From Acidobacteriota bacterium (GTDB lineage Bacteria > Acidobacteriota > UBA890 > WLXD01), in contig DASCOT010000113.1 in assembly GCA_036012155.1 (NCBI GenBank), forward strand, positions 14,870 through 78,869: 64,000 nucleotides of DNA, in the 5' to 3' direction. A program made the position numbers and the translations under genes. Shown here in pieces: positions 20,107-29,362 of the stretch (positions within the stretch are counted from its first letter, which is position 1; every line of letters starts with the position of its first letter). The notes below the pieces were generated by a model. It was not told the origin of the DNA, made no database searches, and saw only the letters and a program-made list of their open reading frames with translations.

Positions 20107-21279
20107 ATGCCGTCACAGTCCCTGCTTCAAGACCTGACGTGCACTCGCTGCGCCGCGTCGCACGACGCCGATGTCCTGCAGCGGTTCTGCACGAGCTGCA
20201 GCGGCCCGCTGTATCCACGCTACCAGCTCGACGCCGCCCGAGTGCCCTGGTGCCAGCAGACGTTTGGGACTCGGCCGTGGGGCCTGTGGCGCTACGCGGA
20301 GCTTCTTCCCGTGCGGGCACCGGAGCATCGCCTCGATCTCGGCGAGGGCGGCACCCCGCTGCTGTCGGCAGCGCGGCTCGGCGAGCAGCTCGGCCTGCCG
20401 CGCCTGTCGCTGAAGGATGAGGGCATCAACCCGACCGGCTCATTCAAGGCACGTGGTCTGTGTGTCGCCGTGAGTCGCGCGCGCGAGCTCGGCGCCCGGA
20501 CCCTGTCGATCCCTACCGCCGGCAATGCCGGCAGTGCCCTGGCCGCCTACTGCGCCCGTGGCGGGTTGCGCGCGGTCGTTTACATGCCGGTCGACACGCC
20601 GCGCGAATTCGTCACGGAGTGCCAAGATCTGGGGGCGAAGGTAGTGGCCATCGAAGGCACCATCGCCGACGCCGGGGCACAGATGGCAGCCGACTCCACC
20701 GACGATTGGTTTCCTGTGAGTACTTTGCAGGAGCCCTACCGACTCGAGGGCAAGAAGACTCTGGGCTTCGAGCTCGCCGAACAGTTGGGCTGGACGCTGC
20801 CCGACAGCATCGTCTACCCGACTGGAGGCGGCACCGGCCTACTAGGCATGTGGAAGGCCTTCGACGAGCTCGAAACGTTGGGGTTGATCGGGTCCCAGAG
20901 GCCGCGCATGTACACCGTACAGGCAGAGGGCTGCGCACCGATCGTGCGGGCATTCGAGGGCGGCGACGACGGCGCCGAGCCCTGGGCCGACGCCCAAACC
21001 GTAGCCAACGGGCTCCGTGTCCCCCGAGCGTTCGCCGATCGGGAGATCCTGGGCGTCCTGCGCGACTCCGGCGGCGACGCGATTGCGGTGTCGGATGAGG
21101 CGATGCTGGACATGCTGCGCAAGATCGCGCGCGTCGAGGGTATCTACGCGGCCCCTGAAGCGGCTGCCACGCTGGTGGCAGCCTCAGAGTTGGTGCGCCA
21201 AGGACGCCTCGACCCCAGCGGGCACATCGTCTGCTTCCTCACCGGCAACGCCTACAAGTACCTGTCGTCGCTGGTTTAG
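20107..21279 (+). CDS. thrC: threonine synthase (PLP-dependent, with N-terminal Cys4 zinc-ribbon)
   Basis: PLP lysine motif NPTGSFKARG, GGGTGLLGMWKAF. N-terminal CTRC...CTSC zinc-ribbon. Start set at MPSQS (the ORF is open further upstream with no homology). Confidence 0.85.
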   Translation: MPSQSLLQDLTCTRCAASHDADVLQRFCTSCSGPLYPRYQLDAARVPWCQQTFGTRPWGLWRYAELLPVRAPEHRLDLGEGGTPLLSAARLGEQLGLPRLSLKDEGINPTGSFKARGLCVAVSRARELGARTLSIPTAGNAGSALAAYCARGGLRAVVYMPVDTPREFVTECQDLGAKVVAIEGTIADAGAQMAADSTDDWFPVSTLQEPYRLEGKKTLGFELAEQLGWTLPDSIVYPTGGGTGLLGMWKAFDELETLGLIGSQRPRMYTVQAEGCAPIVRAFEGGDDGAEPWADAQTVANGLRVPRAFADREILGVLRDSGGDAIAVSDEAMLDMLRKIARVEGIYAAPEAAATLVAASELVRQGRLDPSGHIVCFLTGNAYKYLSSLV

Positions 21280-21407
21280 ATTGTCGGACTCGGGCGCACG
21301 CTCTCCCAGCCGGCGGGCGGTCGGTGTTGCTAGGAGTGTCGCTGGAGCCCCTGGGACAATATGATGGTCGCTGTCGGGTTCTCGAAGCAATCGCCGCGAG
21401 GAAGTTA

Positions 21408-21644
21408 ATGTTCGGCTCGATCGGGGGCACTGAGCTCCTCATTATCTTAGTGATCGCGCTCGTCGTGTTCGGCCCCAAGCGCCTGCCGGAGCTGGGTCGT
21501 ACGATTGGCAAGGGGCTGGGTGAGTTCCGCCGAGCCTCCAACGACCTCAAACGCTCGCTCGAAGACGAGATCACGCTCGACGAGCGCAGCAGCAAGCAAG
21601 ACGAGCGCCGCAGCGAGCAAGCTGAATCCAGCGATACCGACTGA
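21408..21644 (+). CDS. tatA: twin-arginine translocase subunit TatA/E
   Basis: MFGSIGGTELLIILVIALVVFGPKRLPELGRTIGKGLGEFRRA is the canonical TatA TM plus amphipathic helix. AGGA-like RBS upstream. Confidence 0.9.
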   Translation: MFGSIGGTELLIILVIALVVFGPKRLPELGRTIGKGLGEFRRASNDLKRSLEDEITLDERSSKQDERRSEQAESSDTD

Positions 21645-21685
21645 TCGAGTGAACCCGCTGATCGAATGGTCGGAGTAGCCGCGCG

Positions 21686-22462
21686 GTGAGCGACGTTGAG
21701 GGCGCGATGATGGCCGACGACCAGCCGGGAGCTGGCCGGAGCGAGACGCTACCGGAGATGTCGTTGCTCGGGCACCTCACCGAGCTCCGCCGACGTCTCA
21801 TCGTCAGTTTGGCGGCGTTCATTATCGGGATGCTGGTGTGCTGGGCGTTCGCGGCCGAAATCTATACGCTCCTGACCCGGCCTATCGTCGAACTGCTGCC
21901 GGGTGACGAGCGCCCCGCGTACCTTTCGCTGACTGAGCCTTTCATCCTCTATCTGAAGGTCGCCGCGTTATCGGGGTTCCTGGTTGCATCCCCGATCATC
22001 ATCTACCAGGTCTGGATGTTCGTGGCACCGGGTTTGTACCGCAAGGAGCGGCACTACGCCTTTCCGGTGGTGGTGTCCTCGGTAGGGTGTTTCCTGCTCG
22101 GCGCTCTGTTCGGATACCGCGTTCTATTTCCGGTGATGGCCAATTTCTTCCTTTCGCTTGGCGGTGACTTCCGCCCCGTGTTGGCCGTCAACAATCTGTT
22201 CGGTTTCCTCACCCGCACCCTGCTCGGCTGCGCGCTGATTTTTCAATGGCCGATTGTCGTGCTCTTCCTGGCGCGACTGGGAATTTTGACGGCTGGAAGC
22301 ATGTGGCGGAATTTTCGATACGCCGTGCTAATCATCTTCGTGGTGGCGGCCGTCGTGACACCGACACCGGACATGGCGACGCAGACCATCCTGGCCCTGC
22401 CGATGCTGCTTCTTTACGCCGTCGGGATCGTCATCGCGTGGGCCGTAGCGCCGCGCGACTGA
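21686..22462 (+). CDS. tatC: twin-arginine translocase subunit TatC
   Basis: 258 aa, six predicted TM segments, conserved HLTELRRRL N-terminus. Confidence 0.92.
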   Translation: MSDVEGAMMADDQPGAGRSETLPEMSLLGHLTELRRRLIVSLAAFIIGMLVCWAFAAEIYTLLTRPIVELLPGDERPAYLSLTEPFILYLKVAALSGFLVASPIIIYQVWMFVAPGLYRKERHYAFPVVVSSVGCFLLGALFGYRVLFPVMANFFLSLGGDFRPVLAVNNLFGFLTRTLLGCALIFQWPIVVLFLARLGILTAGSMWRNFRYAVLIIFVVAAVVTPTPDMATQTILALPMLLLYAVGIVIAWAVAPRD

Positions 22463-22488
22463 ATACACTCGCCAAGCGCATCAGAGTG

Positions 22489-24207
22489 TCACGCGCTGAT
22501 GTCGCTGATCTCCAACTGGGCGGTAAGCCGGCCCTGCCACTTGCGTGCCCGCAGCGTAGCTACCAACGAAACTCGCTCGGCGGCAAGTAGCGACTCGGCA
22601 AGGTCGGCTCGGCGCCATGCGAGTGCCTCGATGTCGGCCTCCGGGCCTCGCAGCTGCAGCTTCACATGCTCCTCTTTGAGCAAGCGCGGCGGCACCGCGA
22701 GCTGAAGATCCGGGCATAAGAATCGCGGGCGTGGGTTGCCAACGCCAAATGGTGCCAACCTTTCTAGCTCGAGCGCGAGCGCCGTCGTGATGGCCTCCGG
22801 CTCCAGTACAGCGTCACAGGTGAGGGTGGCGCGCAGCGTCTCGGGATCCTGATGACCAGCGTGGTCGATCAGACTCTGGCGCAACCCATCCACTTGATTC
22901 GTAGGGAGGTGGAACCCCGCGGCCTGGTGATGCCCGCCATACGCGGTGAGGTGGTCCGCTACCGCGTCGAGAGCTGCCACCATATTGAAGCCCGGAACCG
23001 ATCTAGCCGACCCGTGCGCTACGGCCCCGTCCGTCGAGATCACCAGGGCAGGGCGACCGAAACGCTCTACCAAGCGTGAGGCCACGATGCCGATCACGCC
23101 ACGGTGCCAGCCGTCACCACTCACCACGGTGACCGGATCCTCACCCTGACACACCTCCGCAGCCTCGACATAAACGGCGCGCTCGGTCTCCTGACGAAGA
23201 GCGTTGAGCCGCTGCAACTTGCCGGCAAGCCGGCGCGCGCGGCCTGGATCCTCAGTCAGAAACATCTCGGCGGCGTCGTTCGGATGCGCGAGCCGCCCGG
23301 CTGCGTTGATCCGGGGGGCCAGGCGAAAGGCAACGTCAGAAGCAGTTACCCGTCTGGAGTCGACACCCGCTACCTCGAGCAGCGCTCTCAGTCCCGGGTT
23401 GGTTGCACCGGCTAGGCCAGCAAGACCGTGGAGAGCCATGACGCGGTTCTCTCCGCGAAGCGGAACCAGATCGGCGATGGTACCGAGTGCAACCAGCTTC
23501 AGCATCGAGATTCCGCTGAGTTTCATGGGGTGGCGCTCGAGGATCCCGGCGGCCAGCTTGAAGGCCACCCCTACTGCCGCGAGCTCCTGCTCCGGGTAGC
23601 CGGAGTCGGGCAGCCTCGGATTCAGAAGCGCAATGGCCGGTGGAAGCTCGGGCCGCGGCAAGTGATGATCTGCCACGATGACATCGATCCCTCGCGATCG
23701 CGCGTGGGCGCAGGCCTCCAGAGCGGTGATGCCGCAATCCACGGCAACAAGCACCGCCGCCCCGGCAGCGTGCGCTTTGTCGACGCCGCCCGGGTTGAGG
23801 CCATAGCCATCATCGATCCTGTGCGGGAGGATGAGCTCCACCTCACCACCGAGATGGCGTAGCACGGTCACCAGCAGTACGGCGCCCGTGATCCCGTCCA
23901 CGTCGTAGTCGCCGTGCACCGCGATGAGCTCACCATTGCGCAGCGCATACAGCAATCGCTCGACGGCCGGCTCCATCTGCACGAAGGCAAAGGGCGAATG
24001 CAACTCGTCGAGCCCCGGCGCCAGGAAGCCCTCGGCGGCGGTAACCGTATCCAGGCCGCGCGCCACGAGCACGCGGGCGGTAATCGGATCTAGCCCCAGT
24101 GCGGTTGCGATCTCGCCGGCCAGCTCGACGTCCACATCGCGCACCCGCCAGGGCCGTCGGGCTTCCAGGATGGGTGCCGCGACAACGCGATCGCTCGTGC
24201 TCGTCAC
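22489..24207 (-). CDS. recJ: single-stranded-DNA-specific exonuclease RecJ
   Basis: 572 aa. DHH motifs (VHGDYDVDGITG, DHH...), DHHA1 (GGHHQAAGF) and a C-terminal OB domain. Confidence 0.93.
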   Translation of the reverse strand: MTSTSDRVVAAPILEARRPWRVRDVDVELAGEIATALGLDPITARVLVARGLDTVTAAEGFLAPGLDELHSPFAFVQMEPAVERLLYALRNGELIAVHGDYDVDGITGAVLLVTVLRHLGGEVELILPHRIDDGYGLNPGGVDKAHAAGAAVLVAVDCGITALEACAHARSRGIDVIVADHHLPRPELPPAIALLNPRLPDSGYPEQELAAVGVAFKLAAGILERHPMKLSGISMLKLVALGTIADLVPLRGENRVMALHGLAGLAGATNPGLRALLEVAGVDSRRVTASDVAFRLAPRINAAGRLAHPNDAAEMFLTEDPGRARRLAGKLQRLNALRQETERAVYVEAAEVCQGEDPVTVVSGDGWHRGVIGIVASRLVERFGRPALVISTDGAVAHGSARSVPGFNMVAALDAVADHLTAYGGHHQAAGFHLPTNQVDGLRQSLIDHAGHQDPETLRATLTCDAVLEPEAITTALALELERLAPFGVGNPRPRFLCPDLQLAVPPRLLKEEHVKLQLRGPEADIEALAWRRADLAESLLAAERVSLVATLRARKWQGRLTAQLEISDISA

Positions 24208-25157
24208 TGGGGTGCGACGGTCCCCATGGCCCGGAACTTCTCGTATCGCTGGGCGATCATCGTGTCGATGTCCAGCGCCTCGAGCTCCGCTAGTTGCCGT
24301 CGCAAGACATCGCCCAGGCCGGCTATGGCGGCCTCATGGTCAACATGCGCGCCGCCGATGGGCTCACCGACAATCTCGTCGACGATCCCCATCTCGACGA
24401 GATCCGGGGCGGCAAGGCGCAGCGCGTCAGCTGCCTCCTCGGCGTGCTCGGCGTCACGCCACAGTATCGACGAACACGACTCGGGCGAGATCACCGAGTA
24501 GACGGCGTGTTCCAGCATGCTGACGCGATCGGCCACACCGATAGCAAGCGCACCGCCGCTACCGCCTTCGCCGATAACCGAGGCGATGATCGGCACCCGC
24601 AGGCCCGCCATCTCGCGCAAGTTCATGGCGATCGACTCGGCCACGCCGCGCTCTTCGGCGCCCGAGCCCGGATACGCACCGGGCGTATCTATGAGGGTGA
24701 GCACTGGATTGCCGAATTTCTCCGCCAACTGCATCACGCGTAGCGCCTTGCGATAGCCCTCGGGATTCGGCATCCCGAAGTTGCGGTGCAGCTTCTCCTT
24801 GGTGCTGCGTCCTTTCTGGTGCCCGACCACGGCCACCGGGCGCCCTTCGAACGAGGCCAGGCCGGCGACGATCGCCGGGTCGTCGCGATAGAATCGATCG
24901 CCATGCAACTCGACAAAGTCGCGGCAGAGGCCGGCGATGTAGTCGAGCGTGTGAGGCCGCTGGGGGTGGCGCGCGACGAGCGTCGTTTGCCAGCGACTGA
25001 GGTTGGAGTAGATCTCTCGTCTCGTGCTGTCGAGCTTTTCCTCTAGCCGCTCGAGCCTGACGTCGCGCTGCATCGACTCCGGGTATTGTTGCAGCTCAGC
25101 GATCTGCTGCTCAAGGTCGCGAATTGGCTTCTCAAGCTCCTCTGCCTTTCGGAACAT
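24204..25157 (-). CDS. accA: acetyl-CoA carboxylase carboxyltransferase alpha subunit
   Basis: 317 aa. N-terminus FEKPIRDLEQQIAELQ, then ...GRPVAVVGHQKG...GAYPG, matching AccA. Confidence 0.93.
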   Translation of the reverse strand: MFRKAEELEKPIRDLEQQIAELQQYPESMQRDVRLERLEEKLDSTRREIYSNLSRWQTTLVARHPQRPHTLDYIAGLCRDFVELHGDRFYRDDPAIVAGLASFEGRPVAVVGHQKGRSTKEKLHRNFGMPNPEGYRKALRVMQLAEKFGNPVLTLIDTPGAYPGSGAEERGVAESIAMNLREMAGLRVPIIASVIGEGGSGGALAIGVADRVSMLEHAVYSVISPESCSSILWRDAEHAEEAADALRLAAPDLVEMGIVDEIVGEPIGGAHVDHEAAIAGLGDVLRRQLAELEALDIDTMIAQRYEKFRAMGTVAPQ

Positions 25158-25204
25158 GGCGCAAGCCTAGCACGACCGCCTGAAGCCGCTGCGGAGCCAT
25201 CGCA

Positions 25205-25774
25205 TCAACGAGATCCGGGCGGTCGGGGGTGAAAAACGCGTCCCGCGGCACCGATCAGAACCTGCACCCACTTCGCTGCTGCGCCCCAACGTCCGGTACC
25301 CACGGTACGCGACGGTGAACCGGTTCGGAGCTCTTCGACGGCCCCAGCAACGGCACGCTCGCTGAGCTCATCGAGAAAACCGTCGAACACCTCCACGGCC
25401 TCGCTCTCCCAACCCTCCAATGCGACGTAGCCCCGCGCCACGGATCGCCACTGCTCCGCCACCTCGTCGATCCAGGGCAGCAACGGTTGCAGCTCGTTCG
25501 ACCGGAACGGACGGTCCGCGGAGGAACGGACCTGCGCCCACGCCCTTAGAATCTCCGTGAGCTCGGTTGCGAGGTTGCCGGCCAGCGCCTTGGCGCAGTG
25601 GGCGTCATCATCGAACAGCGGCGACAACGAGCCCATGTTTCGGCGCCAGTCGCTTTGTCGCCGCCCAATGCGCTGGCGCCGAAGCCGAAACTGCTCTTCC
25701 GCCTCGCCCTCGAGTCCGGAGTGCGCGGGAATCGCCCGCAGCGCCGCCTCGAGTCGCTCGGCGTTGTCAACCAA
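25205..25774 (-). CDS. hypothetical protein (no recognisable domain)
   Basis: 189-aa ORF that fills the dnaE-accA gap exactly, on the same strand (10 nt after the dnaE stop, 47 nt before the accA start). No motif recognised. Confidence 0.45.
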   Translation of the reverse strand: MVDNAERLEAALRAIPAHSGLEGEAEEQFRLRRQRIGRRQSDWRRNMGSLSPLFDDDAHCAKALAGNLATELTEILRAWAQVRSSADRPFRSNELQPLLPWIDEVAEQWRSVARGYVALEGWESEAVEVFDGFLDELSERAVAGAVEELRTGSPSRTVGTGRWGAAAKWVQVLIGAAGRVFHPRPPGSR

Positions 25775-25783
25775 CCTGGGCCC

Positions 25784-28700
25784 TCAGCTCGTCAGTCGGG
25801 CACAGCCCGCGCCCAGAAGCTGCTCGAGCTCCCCCATCAACGCGTCGGTCGGGTCGACGAACAGATAGCGATTGGGGGCAATGCGAGCGCGAAACCCGCC
25901 CGAGTCGGCGCAGCGTACGTCGACATACACCGGAATAGAGCCGCGATGCCGCTCGAGCACGTCGCGCAGGGTCGACGCCAGGTGCGGGGCTTGGTCGCCA
26001 GCATCCACCGCGATACGCAGCGTCTGGGCGACGCCCTGGCGTTGGCGCTTGGAGGCGTCGGCAAGCAATCCGACCTCGCTGGCGAGGAGACGCGGCGTAT
26101 CGTCGTTGGCCTCGGCACGCCCTTTCAACAACAGCACCGCATCGGGTTCGAGCAAGGAGGCGCAGCGCCTGTACACCGCCGGGAAAACCACCACCTCCGC
26201 CTGGCCTTCCATATCCTCGAGCTGAACCACCGCCATGCGCTCGCCCTTGCGTGTGGTCAGACCACGGATCGAGTTCGCCAGACCGGCGATGGTCACCTCA
26301 CGGCCGGATCTTCCTTGGGCCAGCTCCCGCGTCGTGGTATCCGCATGCTGCTCCATATCGACCGCGTAGCGCTGCAGAGGATGCCCGGTAACGTAGTAGC
26401 CGAGCGACTCTCGCTCGGAATTCAGAACCTCGCGCTCCGACCATGGCTCCGGCGGCGCCGGCAGGGGTACATAGCGATCCTCTTCTGCGCGATCGCCACC
26501 GCCGCCGAAGAGATTCCGCTGCCCGGCAGCACGATCGCGTTGCAGCTTTTGGCCCGCAGCAAGCGACCCCTCGAGCTGTGCCATGAGCATGGCCCGCGCG
26601 GTTCCGGCATCGAGCTGCCGATCGCCGACCAAGGCGTCCATGGCCCCTGCCTTGATCAGGCTCTCGATCGTCTTTCGATTGATCCCACCGCGCAGCTGCA
26701 CCTCCTCGCAGAACTGCAGCAGATGGCGGTGAACGCCGACGCGCTCACGTGCCTCGATAATCGCTTCGACAGCACCCTCGCCAACACCTTTGATGGCTGC
26801 CAGCCCGAACCGAATCGCCTCGCCAGCCGGTGCGAAATGAACCGAACTCTCGTTGACGTCGGGGGGTAGGACCTTGATGCCCATGCCACGACACTCGTTG
26901 ATGTACTGCACGACCTTGTCGGTGTTGGCTTGCTCCGTGGTCAACAGAGCGGCCATGAAGTGGATCGGGTAACTCACCTTGAGGTAAGCAGTCTGGTAGG
27001 CCAGCAGAGCGTAGGCTGCCGAATGCGACTTGTTGAAGCCGTATCCGGCGAACTCGACGATCATGTCCCAGATGGGTTTGGCCGTATTGGCCGGTATACC
27101 CCCCGACGCGCTGCCATGAAGGAACTTCTCCTCCATCGATGCCATCACTTCGGGGCTCTTCTTCCCCATCGCCTTGCGCAGCACATCCGCTTCGCCGAGC
27201 GAGAAGCCCGCCATCTCCGAAGCGATCCTCATCACCTGCTCCTGGTAGACGATGACCCCATAGGTGTCTTCCAGGATCGGCTCGAGCTCCTCGCGAACGT
27301 ATTTGACTCGCGAGCGGTCGTGTTTTCTGCCGATGTACTCGTCGACGATTCCGGAGCGAATCGGGCCTGGACGGTACAGCGCATTCATTGCGATGAGGTC
27401 GTCCAAACGAGTTGGTTTCAGTCGTCTCAGGGCATCCCGCATTCCCGACGACTCGAACTGGAAAATCCCCGACGTCGCCCCCTGGGCGAACAACCGATAG
27501 GTCGGCCCGTCATCGAGCGGAATATCCTCGGTAGTAAACGAGCGGTCGAGCTGCCGCGAGATGGTCGCCAGGCAATCGTGTACCAGCGTCAACGTGCGTA
27601 GCCCGAGAAAATCCATCTTCAGCAGGCCGATCGCATCGACGTCGTTCATTGGGTATTGCGTCGCCACGAAGTGGTCCTGGTCAGACCCTTGCCCGCTCGG
27701 CGGCCTGTACAGCGGCACGTAGTTGGTCAATGGCTCGTCGGCGATGACTACACCGGCAGCGTGAGTCGAGGCGTGCCGCACTTGCCCCTCGAGCTGCCCG
27801 GCTAGACCCACCAAGCGCTCGACATCGGGATCCTGATCGATCGCTTCGCGCAGCGGCTCCTCAGAGGTGCGGGCGCCGGCGATACTGACGTCGAGCTCCG
27901 CCGGGATCATCTTGGCGATGCGATCGACATCACCAAAGGGCATCTCCAGAGCCCGGCCAACATCCCGTATCGCCGCCTTGGCCGCCATGGTGCCGAAAGT
28001 GATGATGTGCGCCACCCGATCGCGGCCGTACTTGTTGGCCACGTACTCGATTACCTCGCCCCGCCGGCGCATGCAGAAGTCGATGTCGATATCGGGCATG
28101 CTGATGCGCTCCGGATTGAGGAAGCGCTCGAACACCAAGCCGTATGTGAGCGGGTCGATGTCGGTGATGTCAAGGGAATACGCCACCAGGCTGCCGGCTG
28201 CGCTCCCACGTCCCGGGCCGACCGGAATGCCATGCTCGCGCGCAAAGCGGATGAAATCCCAGACAATCAAGAAGTAGCCCGGGAACCCCATCTGACGAAT
28301 CACCGACATCTCGAACTCGAGCCGTTGCTGATACTCCTCATACGAGGCACTGCCGCGCCAGCCGTTGCCTCTCCCCAGCCCCGACATGCGTCGCTCGAAC
28401 CCTGCCCTGACGGTTTCATCGAAGTAACTTTCGAGCGTACCGCCATCGGGCACCGGGAATCGCGGTAGATGCATCGCCCCGAAGTCGATCTCGAGCTCGC
28501 AGCGATCGGCGATCTCCGCTGTAGTCGCGAGGGCCTCGGGCACCTCCGCGAAGACCTTCGCCATCTCTTCCGGCGACTTCACGTAGAACTCGTCGTTGGG
28601 GAATTTCATGCGATTGGGATCGCTGATCCCCTTACCTGTTTGGATGCAAAGCAGAACATCATGCGGGCGCGCATCCTGCTGGCGCAGATAGTGGCAGTCA

Positions 28701-29362
28701 TTCGTGCCGACGAGCGACAGATCGAATTCGTTGGCTAGGCGGACCAGATCAGGGTTGATGCGTCGTTGCTCGTCGAGTCCCTGGTCCTGAAGCTCGACGT
28801 AGTAGTTGTCGCGTCCGAAGATCTCGATCATCTCGCCGATGGCCCGGCGTGCGCCGTTCATATCACCGCTCAGCAACATCCGGCAGACCTCGCCCGACAG
28901 ACAGCTGGTCGTTCCGATGAGGCCCTCAGCGTGGTTGGCGAGCGTTTCCCGGTCGATGCGCGGCCGGTAGTAGAACCCCTCCAGGTAGCCGATGCTGGAG
29001 AGCTTCATGAGGTTCCGATAGCCGGTGGTGTTCTTGGCCAGCAACACCTGGTGGTACGCAGACTCACCCGCTCGGCGCGCCGAGCGATCGAAACGCGATC
29101 CTGGCGCCAGATAGGCCTCCATGCCGAGTATCGGCTTGAGATCGTTGGCAATCGCCTGGCGATAGAACTGGATGGCGCCGAACATGTTGCCGTGATCGGT
29201 CAGCGCGACGGCATGCATCCCCAGCTCTCGGCAACGTAGCATCAGGTCGTTGATGCGCGTGGCGCCATCAAGCAGAGAGAAGTTGCTGTGGTTGTGGAGG
29301 TGCACGAACGACGATCGCGGCGGCTCCCCACTCATGTCCGACATCCGACTATTCCCATTCAA
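25784..29362 (-). CDS. dnaE: DNA polymerase III alpha subunit
   Basis: 1192 aa. PHP domain (FVHLHNHSNFSLLDGA), polymerase core, HhH and OB domains. True start may be 6-9 codons internal (MSDMSG), which removes the overlap with guaA. Confidence 0.96.
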   Translation of the reverse strand: MNGNSRMSDMSGEPPRSSFVHLHNHSNFSLLDGATRINDLMLRCRELGMHAVALTDHGNMFGAIQFYRQAIANDLKPILGMEAYLAPGSRFDRSARRAGESAYHQVLLAKNTTGYRNLMKLSSIGYLEGFYYRPRIDRETLANHAEGLIGTTSCLSGEVCRMLLSGDMNGARRAIGEMIEIFGRDNYYVELQDQGLDEQRRINPDLVRLANEFDLSLVGTNDCHYLRQQDARPHDVLLCIQTGKGISDPNRMKFPNDEFYVKSPEEMAKVFAEVPEALATTAEIADRCELEIDFGAMHLPRFPVPDGGTLESYFDETVRAGFERRMSGLGRGNGWRGSASYEEYQQRLEFEMSVIRQMGFPGYFLIVWDFIRFAREHGIPVGPGRGSAAGSLVAYSLDITDIDPLTYGLVFERFLNPERISMPDIDIDFCMRRRGEVIEYVANKYGRDRVAHIITFGTMAAKAAIRDVGRALEMPFGDVDRIAKMIPAELDVSIAGARTSEEPLREAIDQDPDVERLVGLAGQLEGQVRHASTHAAGVVIADEPLTNYVPLYRPPSGQGSDQDHFVATQYPMNDVDAIGLLKMDFLGLRTLTLVHDCLATISRQLDRSFTTEDIPLDDGPTYRLFAQGATSGIFQFESSGMRDALRRLKPTRLDDLIAMNALYRPGPIRSGIVDEYIGRKHDRSRVKYVREELEPILEDTYGVIVYQEQVMRIASEMAGFSLGEADVLRKAMGKKSPEVMASMEEKFLHGSASGGIPANTAKPIWDMIVEFAGYGFNKSHSAAYALLAYQTAYLKVSYPIHFMAALLTTEQANTDKVVQYINECRGMGIKVLPPDVNESSVHFAPAGEAIRFGLAAIKGVGEGAVEAIIEARERVGVHRHLLQFCEEVQLRGGINRKTIESLIKAGAMDALVGDRQLDAGTARAMLMAQLEGSLAAGQKLQRDRAAGQRNLFGGGGDRAEEDRYVPLPAPPEPWSEREVLNSERESLGYYVTGHPLQRYAVDMEQHADTTTRELAQGRSGREVTIAGLANSIRGLTTRKGERMAVVQLEDMEGQAEVVVFPAVYRRCASLLEPDAVLLLKGRAEANDDTPRLLASEVGLLADASKRQRQGVAQTLRIAVDAGDQAPHLASTLRDVLERHRGSIPVYVDVRCADSGGFRARIAPNRYLFVDPTDALMGELEQLLGAGCARLTS

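Noticed and set aside
20460-21098. 212-aa plus-strand ORF in alternate frame
   Set aside because: Out-of-frame overlap with thrC. Arg-rich low-complexity translation.
25598-26869. 423-aa plus-strand ORF
   Set aside because: Antisense to dnaE (clear 1192-aa homologue on the other strand). Spurious.
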